Below are positions 1 through 9,362 of a DNA stretch of 32,057 nt, piece by piece (position 1 is the stretch's first letter; the number at the start of each line of letters is the position of its first letter). The DNA comes from Bacteroidota bacterium (lineage in GTDB: Bacteria; Bacteroidota; Ignavibacteria; Kapaibacteriales; UBA2268). The notes beneath the pieces are model-generated. The model was not told where the DNA came from and made no database searches. It worked only from the letters and a program-made list of their open reading frames with translations. The stretch is taken from NCBI GenBank assembly GCA_041666585.1, contig JBAYGQ010000001.1, positions 1 through 32,057 on the forward strand, read 5' to 3'. The position numbers and the translations under genes are program-made.

Positions 1-520
1 AGATAAAAGTTTGAAAAGGATGAAGCAGATTTTCTATAGATAATCGTGTCAATAATTTCATTACCTTCCCACTCCTATGATAAGTAATATTGTCAAATCC
101 ACCAACCTCTATCCAATTTAGGAAATTTTTATAACCGTAATCTGTATATAACATAGGCGGCCAAGTCACTGTTAAAGGGTGCATATGATACTTGTATTTC
201 AATACATGTGATGCATAAGCACTATCTTTTCCTCCGCTTCCCGGCACTATACAGTCGTACTTACCGTCATTTTTCCGATATTTATTCAATAAAGTCCTAA
301 ATTCTCTTTCTCTATCTTTCCAATTTACTCTTTCTTTTTCTTCCGCGAATCGACATGCATCGCATATACCTGCCTTGTCAATATGTAGAGTTTTTTTCTT
401 GCTTTGTTTTGTGTGTGTAAATTCCGCAGTCGATGAAGGTCTCTGGTTCGACATAACGCATTTCTTACAGAAAACCACTTTTGCAGGTAAACCGTATTTA
501 GGCATAAGTTTGTTTTTCAT
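1..520 (-). CDS. N-acetyl sugar amidotransferase (WbuX / PseA / Cj1324-like PP-loop enzyme), N-terminal part only; the C-terminus runs off the window
   Basis: Own translation of complement(1..520): MKNKLMPKYGLPAKVVFCKKCVMSNQRPSS...GICDACRFAEEKERVNW...YDCIVPGSGGKDSAYASH... It has a CxxC...CxxC pair followed by an SGGKDS PP-loop. The ATG at 520..518 overlaps the upstream stop by 1 nt (TAATG). It is absent from the ORF track because it is open at the window edge. Confidence 0.85.
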   Translation of the reverse strand, partial: MKNKLMPKYGLPAKVVFCKKCVMSNQRPSSTAEFTHTKQSKKKTLHIDKAGICDACRFAEEKERVNWKDREREFRTLLNKYRKNDGKYDCIVPGSGGKDSAYASHVLKYKYHMHPLTVTWPPMLYTDYGYKNFLNWIEVGGFDNITYHRSGKVMKLLTRLSIENLLHPFQTFI

Positions 521-1185
521 TAATTTCTTTTTAAATATTGAGACCATTTTTTATAAATATTAATTCCGTTTGGTCCACTTTTTTCCGGATGGAATTGAAC
601 GGCAAAAACATTTTTTTGAACTAATGAAGAACAATATTCTAAACCATTGTAATTTGTTAAAGCCGTTATTACCTTCTTGTCTTTTGGATCGGTATAGAAA
701 GAATGAACAAAATACATAAATTCTCCATCTTTTGTGCTTCTAAGCGGTGTTTTGTCCCAATTACTAGGCACTTTTGATTTATTAATTCTGTTCCAACCTA
801 TTTGAGGTATTCTATTGAATTCCCCATCTGCGTTTTTATCAGGAAATTTAACTACTTTACCCTGAATTATCCCCAATCCTTTGTGTTTGCCAAACTCTTC
901 GCTTTCTGAAAATAGAAGCTGCATCCCCAAACACACCCCCAAAAATGGTCTTCCTGTTTTAATATAGTTATTAATTCCTTCTACCAACCCTAGTCTTTTT
1001 AAATTTTCCATCGCCTCTCCAAAAGCTCCAACTCCGGGCAAAATTATCCCTGCGGCAGACATTATGACATTATTATCTGAGGTTATAACTGCTTCAACTC
1101 CGATAAATTCAAAGGCGTGACGTACACTAAAAAGATTGCTCATTTGATAATCTATTATGGCTACAAAAGTATTACTTTTTGGCAT
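520..1185 (-). CDS. hisH: HisH-like class I glutamine amidotransferase (WbuY-type paralogue of the imidazole glycerol phosphate synthase subunit)
   Basis: 221 aa. N-terminus VAIIDYQMSNLFSV, nucleophile elbow GVCLGMQLL, C-terminal VQFHPEKSG (His/Glu of the triad). It lies between a HisF paralogue and a sugar amidotransferase, not among his genes. Confidence 0.9.
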   Translation of the reverse strand: MPKSNTFVAIIDYQMSNLFSVRHAFEFIGVEAVITSDNNVIMSAAGIILPGVGAFGEAMENLKRLGLVEGINNYIKTGRPFLGVCLGMQLLFSESEEFGKHKGLGIIQGKVVKFPDKNADGEFNRIPQIGWNRINKSKVPSNWDKTPLRSTKDGEFMYFVHSFYTDPKDKKVITALTNYNGLEYCSSLVQKNVFAVQFHPEKSGPNGINIYKKWSQYLKRN

Positions 1186-1188
1186 ATT

Positions 1189-2055
1189 TTATCTGTCTGA
1201 AGGTTCATATCGACAGAGAATATCCGAATGGGAAAGATATTTTTTCAAACTTCTGATATCGGTCGTTTTGATTTTAGAAAATGTTTTTCCGCTTTTCATA
1301 AACTCTGTATTACCTTCTGCCCTAGTACGAATTGATCGATTAGAATGTTTCAAGAAGTGATAATGAAGCATTGAAGAAATAGCTACTGCATCAGTATTTG
1401 TTGACATTATCACATCTAGTACGTCACTATTTTTTCCAGCACCTCCGCAACTAATGACTGGTATGGATACGATTTCAGATACTTTTTTTACTAATTCAAG
1501 ATCGTATCCGTCACCTGTCCCTTCACGATCTATAGATGTGAGAATAATCTCTCCGGCTCCTAGTTGCATAGTCTTACTTGCCCATGAAATAACTTCAATT
1601 CCCGTATGCTCTCTACCGTTATCCGTATATGCCAAATATGTTCCGTCTTTCTGTTTGCTTGCCTCTATGGAAATGGTAATTGTAGAAGACCCAAACAAAT
1701 TTGCCGCATCTTTGATCAGATTGGGATTGTTTATTGCAGCGGTATTGATGACTACCTTATCAGCTCCAACCCGTAAAACTTTTCTTATATCCTCTATTGT
1801 CCGTAATCCTCCGCCGACAGTAAGTGGTATAAAAACTTGTTGAGCAGTTCTAGATATAATATCATGCAAGCTATTCCTATTATACAGACTTGCAACGACA
1901 TCCATATAAATCAATTCATCCGCACCGGATTCATAATAATATTTGGCATAATCTTCTGGCTGTCCTAAAACCCTTAAACCTTCTAGATGGATACCTTTCA
2001 CTAAGTTTGGTCCTTTTATGTCTAATTTTGGAATTATTCTGATATTTTTTTTCAT
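1189..2055 (-). CDS. hisF: HisF-like cyclase subunit (WbuZ-type glycosyl amidation-associated protein)
   Basis: 288 aa. IIPKLDIKG, TVGGGLRTIEDI, SIDREGTGDGYDLEL and CGGAG are typical HisF (beta/alpha)8 phosphate-binding motifs. There is a 3-nt gap to the hisH-like gene. Confidence 0.9.
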   Translation of the reverse strand: MKKNIRIIPKLDIKGPNLVKGIHLEGLRVLGQPEDYAKYYYESGADELIYMDVVASLYNRNSLHDIISRTAQQVFIPLTVGGGLRTIEDIRKVLRVGADKVVINTAAINNPNLIKDAANLFGSSTITISIEASKQKDGTYLAYTDNGREHTGIEVISWASKTMQLGAGEIILTSIDREGTGDGYDLELVKKVSEIVSIPVISCGGAGKNSDVLDVIMSTNTDAVAISSMLHYHFLKHSNRSIRTRAEGNTEFMKSGKTFSKIKTTDIRSLKKYLSHSDILCRYEPSDR

Positions 2056-2106
2056 ACTCTTTTTAAACTCATATAGTAAAGAGAATTACGATGTTAAATT
2101 TCTACT

Positions 2107-3036
2107 TTAATATTTTCCTTTTCTTTCTATATATATTTTACGATTCGGGAGAATTATTCTGATTTTGTTTTTCTCAATCATATATTTTTCCTCCTCATCC
2201 GTAAAAAGACGTTCAACTAGTTTTTCCCTGTCTCTTGAGCCTATAATTTTTATTGCCACTTTCTTACCGTTAGAATTTTTATCTATGACATTTTTTGCTA
2301 ATTTATATATATTAATTTCCTTCATTTTCAAAACCATTATTTCTAAACCAAGCATGATAGAAGTCGCATAAAAGACAAGGTTTACCGCTTCAGGAATAGA
2401 AATAAAAAATCTGTTCATTCTTTTATCTGTTACAGTTACTGACCGTCCTTGTTTAATCTGCTCTATCCAAGTCGGTATTACTGATCCTCGAGAATTAAGC
2501 ACATTTCCGAAACGCACTACTGCGAATTTGGTTTTTGCATCTCCCAGATAATTATGAGCGTTAATTATCATTCTCTCCATAAGGAGCTTAGTAATACCCA
2601 TAATAGTATTTGGATAGACTGCTTTATCTGTGGAAATTGCGACAACTTTCTCAATATTATGTTTGATAGCCAAATCTATAAGGTTCTGAGCACCATCAAC
2701 ATTAGTTTTAACCGCCTCAAAAGGATTGTATTCACAAAAAGGCACATGTTTCAAAGCGGCTGCGTGAAAAACATAATTAACATTTAACATCGCCTTATCT
2801 AACCTATCTTTATCACGGATATCTCCGATAAGATACCGTATATTTTCTTTTTTTTCTTCTGCTTCTAACTCTTGTTGTAAAAAATAATGCTTGGATTCAT
2901 CTCTTGAATATACTCTTACTTGTTTGGGGTGAAAATTCAACAACTGCCTAACTATTTCACTACCTATAGATCCCGTACCTCCAGTAACAAGAATAATTTT
3001 ATTTTTGAATATTTTCTCCAAACGATTATTTTTCAT
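2107..3036 (-). CDS. Nucleotide-sugar (NDP-GlcNAc) 4,6-dehydratase, short CapD/PglF/LegB-like extended SDR
   Basis: 309 aa. Rossmann motif ILVTGGTGSIGSEI, SRDESKH, HAAALKHVP, STDKAVYPNTIMGITKLLMERM (Polysacc_synt_2-type catalytic region). ATGA overlap with the downstream aminotransferase. Confidence 0.85.
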   Translation of the reverse strand: MKNNRLEKIFKNKIILVTGGTGSIGSEIVRQLLNFHPKQVRVYSRDESKHYFLQQELEAEEKKENIRYLIGDIRDKDRLDKAMLNVNYVFHAAALKHVPFCEYNPFEAVKTNVDGAQNLIDLAIKHNIEKVVAISTDKAVYPNTIMGITKLLMERMIINAHNYLGDAKTKFAVVRFGNVLNSRGSVIPTWIEQIKQGRSVTVTDKRMNRFFISIPEAVNLVFYATSIMLGLEIMVLKMKEINIYKLAKNVIDKNSNGKKVAIKIIGSRDREKLVERLFTDEEEKYMIEKNKIRIILPNRKIYIERKGKY

Positions 3037-4139
3037 AAGATTTTCTTTATTTCAGAACATATATACCTAATATCATCTTTTCTTAAACCGATAAAAAGCG
3101 GCAGAGCGAGAGTTTGAGAAGAGATCTTTTCCGCACAAGGAAAATCACCGTTGTTGAAACCGAACAGTTTTTTCATAAAAGGCTGCAAATGGATAACAGG
3201 TAAATAAGGTTTCGTTTGGATGTTCTTTTTCAATAATTTCTTCATCACTTCATCCCTTTTACCATTTACTATTCTGATAACGTAAACAAACCAAGAATGA
3301 GTCCTATTCAATCCAATTTTGGGAGTAATTATTGAACCTATTCCAGACAATTCTTTTTCATAGATAGCTGCGATTCTTCTCTTTTGATTGATCATCCAAT
3401 CGATTTTCCGCAACTGGGTTATCCCTAACGATGCGCTCATTTCATCCATCCGATAATTGTAGCCTAATCTTTCATGAAGAAGCCAATTTCCTTCCTCATC
3501 GCGGCCCTGATTACGCATACTTGAACATAACCTGACGATATTTTTCGAATTTGTCACAATCATTCCTCCTTCTCCGGTAGTCATCTGTTTATTTGGGTAA
3601 AAAGCATATACGCCAATATCACCAAAAGTGCCAGACATCTTATTTTTGTAACGAGATCCCAAACTTTCACACGCATCTTCAATAATACGTAATTTGTGTT
3701 TTTTGGCTATCTTAAGAATTTCAGACATATTTGCCGGTTGCCCGAATATATGTACGACTAATATGGCACGGGTTTTCGCGGTTATAGCCTTTTCAATTCT
3801 TTCATGATCAATATTACAAGTAGCATTTTCTATATCTACAAAAACCGGTTTTACTTTTTCATAAATCAGACAATTGGATGAGGAAATAAAAGAAAAAGGT
3901 GAAGTAATCACTTCATCGCCCTCTTTTAATCCCACGGCCCGAACAGCCAAATGGAGACCGCATGTACCATTAGAAACTGCGCATGCGTATTTGCATCCGA
4001 CATATTGGGAAATTTTTTTCTCAAACTCTATATATTTGGAACCAAGCGAAAGTTGTCCTGATTCAAGAACCTCCATAACCCCCTTTTTATCACGATCATC
4101 CAAAAATGGCCTTGCGACAGGAATATATCTATCTTTCAT
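3033..4139 (-). CDS. DegT/DnrJ/EryC1-family PLP aminotransferase (LegC/PglE-like 4-aminotransferase)
   Basis: 368 aa. DEVITSPFSFISSSN, and FYPNKQMTTGEGGMIV, which carries the putative Schiff-base lysine. It sits between the dehydratase and the acetyltransferase. Confidence 0.9.
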   Translation of the reverse strand: MKDRYIPVARPFLDDRDKKGVMEVLESGQLSLGSKYIEFEKKISQYVGCKYACAVSNGTCGLHLAVRAVGLKEGDEVITSPFSFISSSNCLIYEKVKPVFVDIENATCNIDHERIEKAITAKTRAILVVHIFGQPANMSEILKIAKKHKLRIIEDACESLGSRYKNKMSGTFGDIGVYAFYPNKQMTTGEGGMIVTNSKNIVRLCSSMRNQGRDEEGNWLLHERLGYNYRMDEMSASLGITQLRKIDWMINQKRRIAAIYEKELSGIGSIITPKIGLNRTHSWFVYVIRIVNGKRDEVMKKLLKKNIQTKPYLPVIHLQPFMKKLFGFNNGDFPCAEKISSQTLALPLFIGLRKDDIRYICSEIKKIL

Positions 4140-4143
4140 TGAA

Positions 4144-4761
4144 TTAGATTGACTTCTTTCTTTTAGCAGGAATACCTAAATACACACCGCGTGGTTTAGT
4201 ATCAGCAACAATAACTGAACTTGCTCCAATAATATTATTAGAAGCTACCGTTATATGATCGATAATTACGGCTCCCATACCAATAAAAGAATTATCTTTT
4301 ATAATTACTCCACCACCTGTTATAACTCCCGGTCCTATCTGAACATTATCACCAATATTATTATCATGCTCGATAATACAACCGGAATTAACAATCACAT
4401 TATCTCCGATCCTAGAACCGATATTAATATACGCATGAGCGCCAATCATGACATTTTTACCTAATCGGACGGATTTTTCAAGACGTGCGGAAGGATGAAT
4501 AGCGTTGATCAGATTTTTCCTTCCAACAGTTAAGCGTTTAAACCATTTTTTTCTCATAATGTCGCTACCGAATGATACAAAAAAATTATATGATTTTATA
4601 TCAAGAGAATTAATCATATTTAACGGACCTATCACTCCGTTTAACTTAAGATTGTCATCCACGAATGATATATCTTTCTTTCCGTTTTGTAAAAGAATAT
4701 TTTCCGCTACTCTTCCGTTTTCACCAGCGCCTAAAATAATGATTTTCCTCAATGATTTCAC
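4144..4761 (-). CDS. Hexapeptide-repeat N-acetyltransferase, NeuD/PglD/LegH family
   Basis: 205 aa. N-terminal Rossmann-like IIILGAGENGRV, then a left-handed beta-helix repeat region (IGDNVIVNSGCIIEHDNNIGDNVQIGPGVITGGGVIIKDNSFIGMGAVII). GTG start at 4761..4759 in a GTGA overlap with the upstream stop. Confidence 0.85.
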   Translation of the reverse strand: MKSLRKIIILGAGENGRVAENILLQNGKKDISFVDDNLKLNGVIGPLNMINSLDIKSYNFFVSFGSDIMRKKWFKRLTVGRKNLINAIHPSARLEKSVRLGKNVMIGAHAYINIGSRIGDNVIVNSGCIIEHDNNIGDNVQIGPGVITGGGVIIKDNSFIGMGAVIIDHITVASNNIIGASSVIVADTKPRGVYLGIPAKRKKSI

Positions 4762-5858
4762 AACTTGTCCTCTAATATATTAGTTATTAATGTTGAGGCA
4801 TGACCGTTACCATATATTCTAGGCGCATGGATGCATTTTTCTTTGAACCTGGGCGTAAGCGCGGTTTGGGTAGTCATAAGTAAATTATCGGCATTAAAAT
4901 CCGATTGAAGGACGTTAGATGATCTTTCACGCCCTTCTTGACGTCTACCTATATTTATCACTGGAAGAGATAAATACGCTGATTCAATAATTCCGGCGCT
5001 AGAATTACCCAATAGAAGGGTAGACTGTCTAAGTAGATTAATAAACTCGCTTCTTTGTATATTTTTGAATATTTTCAGATTTTCTAAATTTCGTATTTCT
5101 TCCAAATGAGAAATAATATCCTCGCTGCCGGTATCAGAATTGGGATATATCCATATTATTTGAGCATCAATTTGCGATAGGGCATTAAATATTACCGAGA
5201 ATTGTTGGTCTGGAGAGATATTTCTATCTAAGGGAGTCGGGTGAAGAATTACGACAATCCATTTTTTTGATGGATTTAAACATAATCTATCTGCTACCGT
5301 TTTTTTTGAACTTACGGGAATACCTATCAATCCATCTATGGCAGGAGAACCAACGAGAAAAACGTTTTTTCTCTCTTTTAATAGTTTAAGTCGCAAAGCG
5401 CTCTTTTTTGAGGCAGCGAAATTAAATGTCGACAAATGCGATATTGCACCTCTTAGGGAATTGTCAACTGTACACCCCCCTGATTTGTCTCCTCCGTGTA
5501 TATGGGCAACTGGTATACCTAAATGGCTTCCTACGATCGCCCCTGCAAAAGCTTCGTCACGATCTCCTAGAACCAAAACACAATCGGTCTTATGATTATT
5601 GCAATAATCGTTTATACCACTAATTTCTTCACTTAACCACTCAACCATATCCCCTTTCGGATTTACTGGTTGGACAAAGACCGAAGGAAACGTTTTGCGT
5701 ATCATAGAAGCGGTTTCACCATATTTTTTCAGAGTATGCATACCGGTTAGAAGAAGAGTTGGTCTAAGATTATTACTTTCTTTTAATTTCTCTATTATTG
5801 GTTCCAATAAACCGAATTCTGCTCTTGAACCGGAAATAACTAATATATTTTTTTTCAT
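4758..5858 (-). CDS. neuC: Hydrolysing NDP-N-acetylhexosamine 2-epimerase (NeuC/LegG family)
   Basis: 366 aa. VISGSRAEFGLLEPII at the N-terminus and AHIHGGDKSGG in the centre, as in UDP-hydrolysing 2-epimerases. ATGA overlaps on both sides. Confidence 0.88.
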   Translation of the reverse strand: MKKNILVISGSRAEFGLLEPIIEKLKESNNLRPTLLLTGMHTLKKYGETASMIRKTFPSVFVQPVNPKGDMVEWLSEEISGINDYCNNHKTDCVLVLGDRDEAFAGAIVGSHLGIPVAHIHGGDKSGGCTVDNSLRGAISHLSTFNFAASKKSALRLKLLKERKNVFLVGSPAIDGLIGIPVSSKKTVADRLCLNPSKKWIVVILHPTPLDRNISPDQQFSVIFNALSQIDAQIIWIYPNSDTGSEDIISHLEEIRNLENLKIFKNIQRSEFINLLRQSTLLLGNSSAGIIESAYLSLPVINIGRRQEGRERSSNVLQSDFNADNLLMTTQTALTPRFKEKCIHAPRIYGNGHASTLITNILEDKL

Positions 5859-6925
5859 TTTAGATCTTTTAGAAATATCTGATCATCTTTGTTAAAATTA
5901 TGAATAGTACGTTTTCCTATCAATTTTTCGTAAAGTGAGGGAGATAAACCGTCACCCGGTCTTTTTGATGCAAGATCAATAGCTTTTAATAAATGTCCTT
6001 TCGTCAAATCTTTCGAAACTACTAAGCTTTTTCTTATAAGGGGAATCATCTTTTTTGATTCATATTTTGTCGGCTTTTTAACATTTTTTCCCAGAATCTT
6101 TTTTATTTTTCGGATTAAACCAATTTTATTTTTTAATTCCTCTGGTTCCGCTGATGCGAGATGATCGGGTCCGGGCAACGATCTATCCAGAGTGAAATGA
6201 CATTCGTAAATAGAGGCGCCCAAAGTTACAGCCATAATTGCTGTTTGAAATCCTATCGTATGATCCGAATAACCGACAGGAACATTTAAGCTTTCTATCA
6301 TCGTTTGCATCGCAAGGAGATTTACTTCCTCTAACGGACAAGGATAATGATTAGTACAATGCAAAAACGCAATGTTACTAGCACCCTTTTTACCTAAATG
6401 ATTCATAGTTAATAATACCTCATTCAAATCAGCCATTCCGGTAGATAGAATCATAGGTTTTCGTAAAGAAACTATTTTATCGAGTAGAAGAAAATTGGTC
6501 AGATCTGCGGATCCGATTTTATAAGCTTCAATTCCCAAGGATTCCAAAAAGTTTATACTTTTAATCCCACCATGTGGAGTAGAAAGGAAAATTATCTTTC
6601 TTTTTAGACAGTGAGAAATAATCGGTTCATAAAATCTTTCTGGCAATTCCAAATCACGAAGCATTAATCTCTGGCTTTTTATTCTACCCGTGTTGATTTT
6701 CTGATAGTCTGTCATTTCAGCGTGTTTAGTTGCTACCTCATCAGCTTGAAAAGTCTGAAACTTAACTGCATCGGCATCGGCATCTGCCGCAACATCAACA
6801 AGCTTAATAGCCGTATTCAAATCACCATTATGGTTTACCCCCGCTTCTGCTATTACAAAACATTCATGCTCCTTTCCGATAGTTTTTGAACCTATTTTAA
6901 ATTGTCGTTTTATTTTATTATTCAT
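5855..6925 (-). CDS. neuB: Nonulosonic acid synthase (NeuB/LegI family) with C-terminal SAF domain
   Basis: ECFVIAEAGVNHNGDLNTAIKLVD, AVKFQTF, YSDHTIG, C-terminal SKDLTKGHLL...KRPGDGLSP. I place the start at ATG 6925..6923 (MNNKIKRQF...) because it gives an ATGA overlap with the upstream stop. The ORF track extends 4 codons further, to 6937. Confidence 0.9.
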   Translation of the reverse strand: MNNKIKRQFKIGSKTIGKEHECFVIAEAGVNHNGDLNTAIKLVDVAADADADAVKFQTFQADEVATKHAEMTDYQKINTGRIKSQRLMLRDLELPERFYEPIISHCLKRKIIFLSTPHGGIKSINFLESLGIEAYKIGSADLTNFLLLDKIVSLRKPMILSTGMADLNEVLLTMNHLGKKGASNIAFLHCTNHYPCPLEEVNLLAMQTMIESLNVPVGYSDHTIGFQTAIMAVTLGASIYECHFTLDRSLPGPDHLASAEPEELKNKIGLIRKIKKILGKNVKKPTKYESKKMIPLIRKSLVVSKDLTKGHLLKAIDLASKRPGDGLSPSLYEKLIGKRTIHNFNKDDQIFLKDLK

Positions 6926-7713
6926 ACAATACTCCAACCTCCATCAACTATTAGGGTAGCACCGGTAATATATGAGGCCGCATCGCTTGAAAGGAATAGG
7001 ACTGCTGATGCAACTTCTTCAGGCAAACCTAATCTTTTTAATGGAGTTTTTTTAGAATAATTAGCAACAAATAGTTTGTTTTGACGATTATAAATACCCC
7101 CAGGGCATATATTGTTTACACGAATATGATATTTGCCAAAATATGAAGCTAGATACCTTGTCATATTTATAATGCCTCCTTTAATTGCAGAATAGGCGAA
7201 AGGACTCGTCATATTCGTTCCCTCATAAACTGTAAAATCGTTACCCAATATTCCATATATAGAACCCATATTTACTACACTACCGTGCTTTTGTGAACTC
7301 ATCACAAGACAAACTTTTCTGCTTATCCAGGAATATGAATTCAAATGCATATCGATGTTCTTCCTCCATGATTCAAGAGTAGTTTTTTCAAGCTTTCTTC
7401 CCCAATCAATAGTTTTTGGATACGCAGTATTCACCCATACATCCATTCCATTGTATTTTTTATATAAAGATTCAATTACACGATCACAATTTTCAAGTTT
7501 CGTAATATCGAATTCTTCATAATATATTTGCAGTTCATCTTTTAAATTTTTATTAATAAACTTCTTACCCTTTGCTTTATCGTGACTTAACACAATCGTT
7601 TTTGCACCAACTGAAGCGAATGCTTTGGAAATCTCTGAACCGATAAGACCATTTCCTCCACATACAAAAGCAACTTTATTCTTTAAAGAAAATTTTCCGA
7701 GATAGTTTGTCAT
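6922..7713 (-). CDS. Classical short-chain dehydrogenase/reductase (PtmA-like), embedded in the NulO cassette
   Basis: 263 aa. VAFVCGGNGLIGSEI dinucleotide motif, YSAIKGG (YxxxK), C-terminal LIVDGGWSIV. Confidence 0.85.
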   Translation of the reverse strand: MTNYLGKFSLKNKVAFVCGGNGLIGSEISKAFASVGAKTIVLSHDKAKGKKFINKNLKDELQIYYEEFDITKLENCDRVIESLYKKYNGMDVWVNTAYPKTIDWGRKLEKTTLESWRKNIDMHLNSYSWISRKVCLVMSSQKHGSVVNMGSIYGILGNDFTVYEGTNMTSPFAYSAIKGGIINMTRYLASYFGKYHIRVNNICPGGIYNRQNKLFVANYSKKTPLKRLGLPEEVASAVLFLSSDAASYITGATLIVDGGWSIV

Positions 7714-8417
7714 ATTGTGACTAGACCTTTTTCAATCAAAAATTCTATATAATGAAAATCCATTTCTCTATCAATATCCACAGATGAATATTCATCCATA
7801 ATATATATATCAGACCTCTTCGAAATTGGAGATGAATTCTTCAAATTTTTTAGATATTCTCTTCGATAAATATATATTGATGCATTCATATCAAAAACAG
7901 GCGGAGCATCTTGTCTTCTGTGAATTCTTCTAGTTTTTTTACTCAAATATATTCCCTTTATATTTTTCTCAATCATATTAAAGTAAGGGTTTTTTCGTGA
8001 ATGAGTCACAGAGAATAAGGTGTCGGGCTTCACTTTATTAAATATAGTCAAAGATTTATTTAAGTCTTCTATCTTCCTTATGGGCGAAGTAGGATCAAGA
8101 TCGATAATCGTATCAAAATTTTCTCCAAATAACTTCTCGGATATATTCATTGCATGTCTTATTGCATCAAGTTTGGAAGACGTATCTGAGGCTAACGTTT
8201 TAGGTCTTAAAAAGGGCACTTCAGCCCCATATTTTTTCGCCAATATTGCGATTTTCCTGGAATCCGTACTTACGATAATATGTTTTGCTCTACCCCATCC
8301 AATAGCTTGTTTAATCGTGTAGTAGATCAGAGGTTTTCCCTGAAGTAACCTAATATTCTTATTTTTTATTCCTTTTGAACCGCCCCTAGCGCAGATTGTC
8401 AATAAAATATTTTGCAT
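7710..8417 (-). CDS. neuA: Acylneuraminate (NulO) cytidylyltransferase, copy 1 (NeuA/LegF family)
   Basis: 235 aa. ICARGGSKGIKNKNIRLL N-terminal CTP-binding motif, VSTDS, DPTSP (CTP_transf_3-type). Confidence 0.85.
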   Translation of the reverse strand: MQNILLTICARGGSKGIKNKNIRLLQGKPLIYYTIKQAIGWGRAKHIIVSTDSRKIAILAKKYGAEVPFLRPKTLASDTSSKLDAIRHAMNISEKLFGENFDTIIDLDPTSPIRKIEDLNKSLTIFNKVKPDTLFSVTHSRKNPYFNMIEKNIKGIYLSKKTRRIHRRQDAPPVFDMNASIYIYRREYLKNLKNSSPISKRSDIYIMDEYSSVDIDREMDFHYIEFLIEKGLVTI

Positions 8418-9362
8418 TTAATTTTTATCCTTAAAAAGAATAATTTGTTTGAATAAATCCGAAGCTTCAAATATATTATTCATCATCCTGGTATTCTCAA
8501 GATTGTCAAAAAAATATTCCAATTGTTTTTCATATGAGTTGTCTTTACCTCTAGTTAAATAATATTGATTAATTCTTTTATAGTTTTTGTATTCAGTAAT
8601 ACTGTTATTAATAAGATCGCCTTTAACAGATATTCTTTCATAATCAATAATTATATTTCTCTCCTGAATCTGACCAAAATAATTTACATATATGTTTACC
8701 GGACCTTTATCGCAAGTAAGTAAAATATCGGCATAATCTTCTGCGTCAGATGTTAATTTACTACGTTTTCCAAAAACACCTGCAATCTTATTCACTTTCC
8801 CGAATAAATATTCCGCGTAATCTATTTCATGAGAGAGATCAAGCACCACTCCACCTCCTTTTTTAGCAAAACGCGAATAGCTTTTTATATAATCTTGATC
8901 TTTTCTCCAGTTTGGGAGAAAAGAAGAACACACAATTCTCATATGAAGGGGTTTATTAAATTTCATATATTTTTTTAGCTCGATTATCACACTGTGAAAC
9001 CTTAAATTATAAGCTATGTACGTAACAGAATTATTCTTCTTTACCTCATTTAACAAATTATCTAAATCTTTTTTCCCGATACCTATAGGTTTTTCAATAA
9101 ATAGTTTACATCCTAATTCTGAGCATTTTCTTGCTGTTTCGATATGTAGATAGGTAGGATTTGTGATTAATGCTATATCTGGATGTAATTTTTTAAGCTC
9201 ATTCCAGGAATATATTTCATTTAACCCAAATTTATTAGTTTTAGGAGTAGTTTTGGATCTAAATGCGAATAGGGTTAAATCATTTCTTTTTTTCAATAAT
9301 TTTACATGTCTTATCCCGATTGAACCCATTCCAAAAATAACTACTTTCACGTTATTTTTCAT
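8418..9362 (-). CDS. Gfo/Idh/MocA-family NAD(P)-dependent oxidoreductase
   Basis: 314 aa. VVIFGMGSIGIRHV Rossmann motif and the family-typical FIEKPIG (EKP) motif. Its stop abuts the next start with no gap (TAAATG). Confidence 0.85.
   Translation of the reverse strand: MKNNVKVVIFGMGSIGIRHVKLLKKRNDLTLFAFRSKTTPKTNKFGLNEIYSWNELKKLHPDIALITNPTYLHIETARKCSELGCKLFIEKPIGIGKKDLDNLLNEVKKNNSVTYIAYNLRFHSVIIELKKYMKFNKPLHMRIVCSSFLPNWRKDQDYIKSYSRFAKKGGGVVLDLSHEIDYAEYLFGKVNKIAGVFGKRSKLTSDAEDYADILLTCDKGPVNIYVNYFGQIQERNIIIDYERISVKGDLINNSITEYKNYKRINQYYLTRGKDNSYEKQLEYFFDNLENTRMMNNIFEASDLFKQIILFKDKN

Noticed and set aside
520-2055. hisH and hisF read as histidine biosynthesis genes.
   Set aside because: No other his genes are adjacent, and they are overlapped with a sugar amidotransferase at the end of a NulO operon. 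They fit better as the WbuY/WbuZ-type paralogues used for sugar amidation.
5848-5855. Homopolymeric A/T runs of 8 nt inside or at the start of coding regions (for example 5848-5855 just after the neuC start and 12481-12488 in wzt) considered as phase-variation switches.
   Set aside because: A/T runs of this length are expected by composition in DNA this AT-rich. All observed reading frames are intact, and there is no population data to show length variation.
6926-6937. Longer ORF-track N-termini for neuB (to 6937), wzt (to 13122), wzm (to 13952), GT4 (to 20292), rfbF (TTG at 22885) and the ThDP enzyme (TTG at 31569).
   Set aside because: The extensions add non-conserved residues or overlap upstream genes. 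The shorter ATG starts give ATGA coupling, a GGGAG SD, or canonical family N-termini. The longer starts remain possible alternatives.
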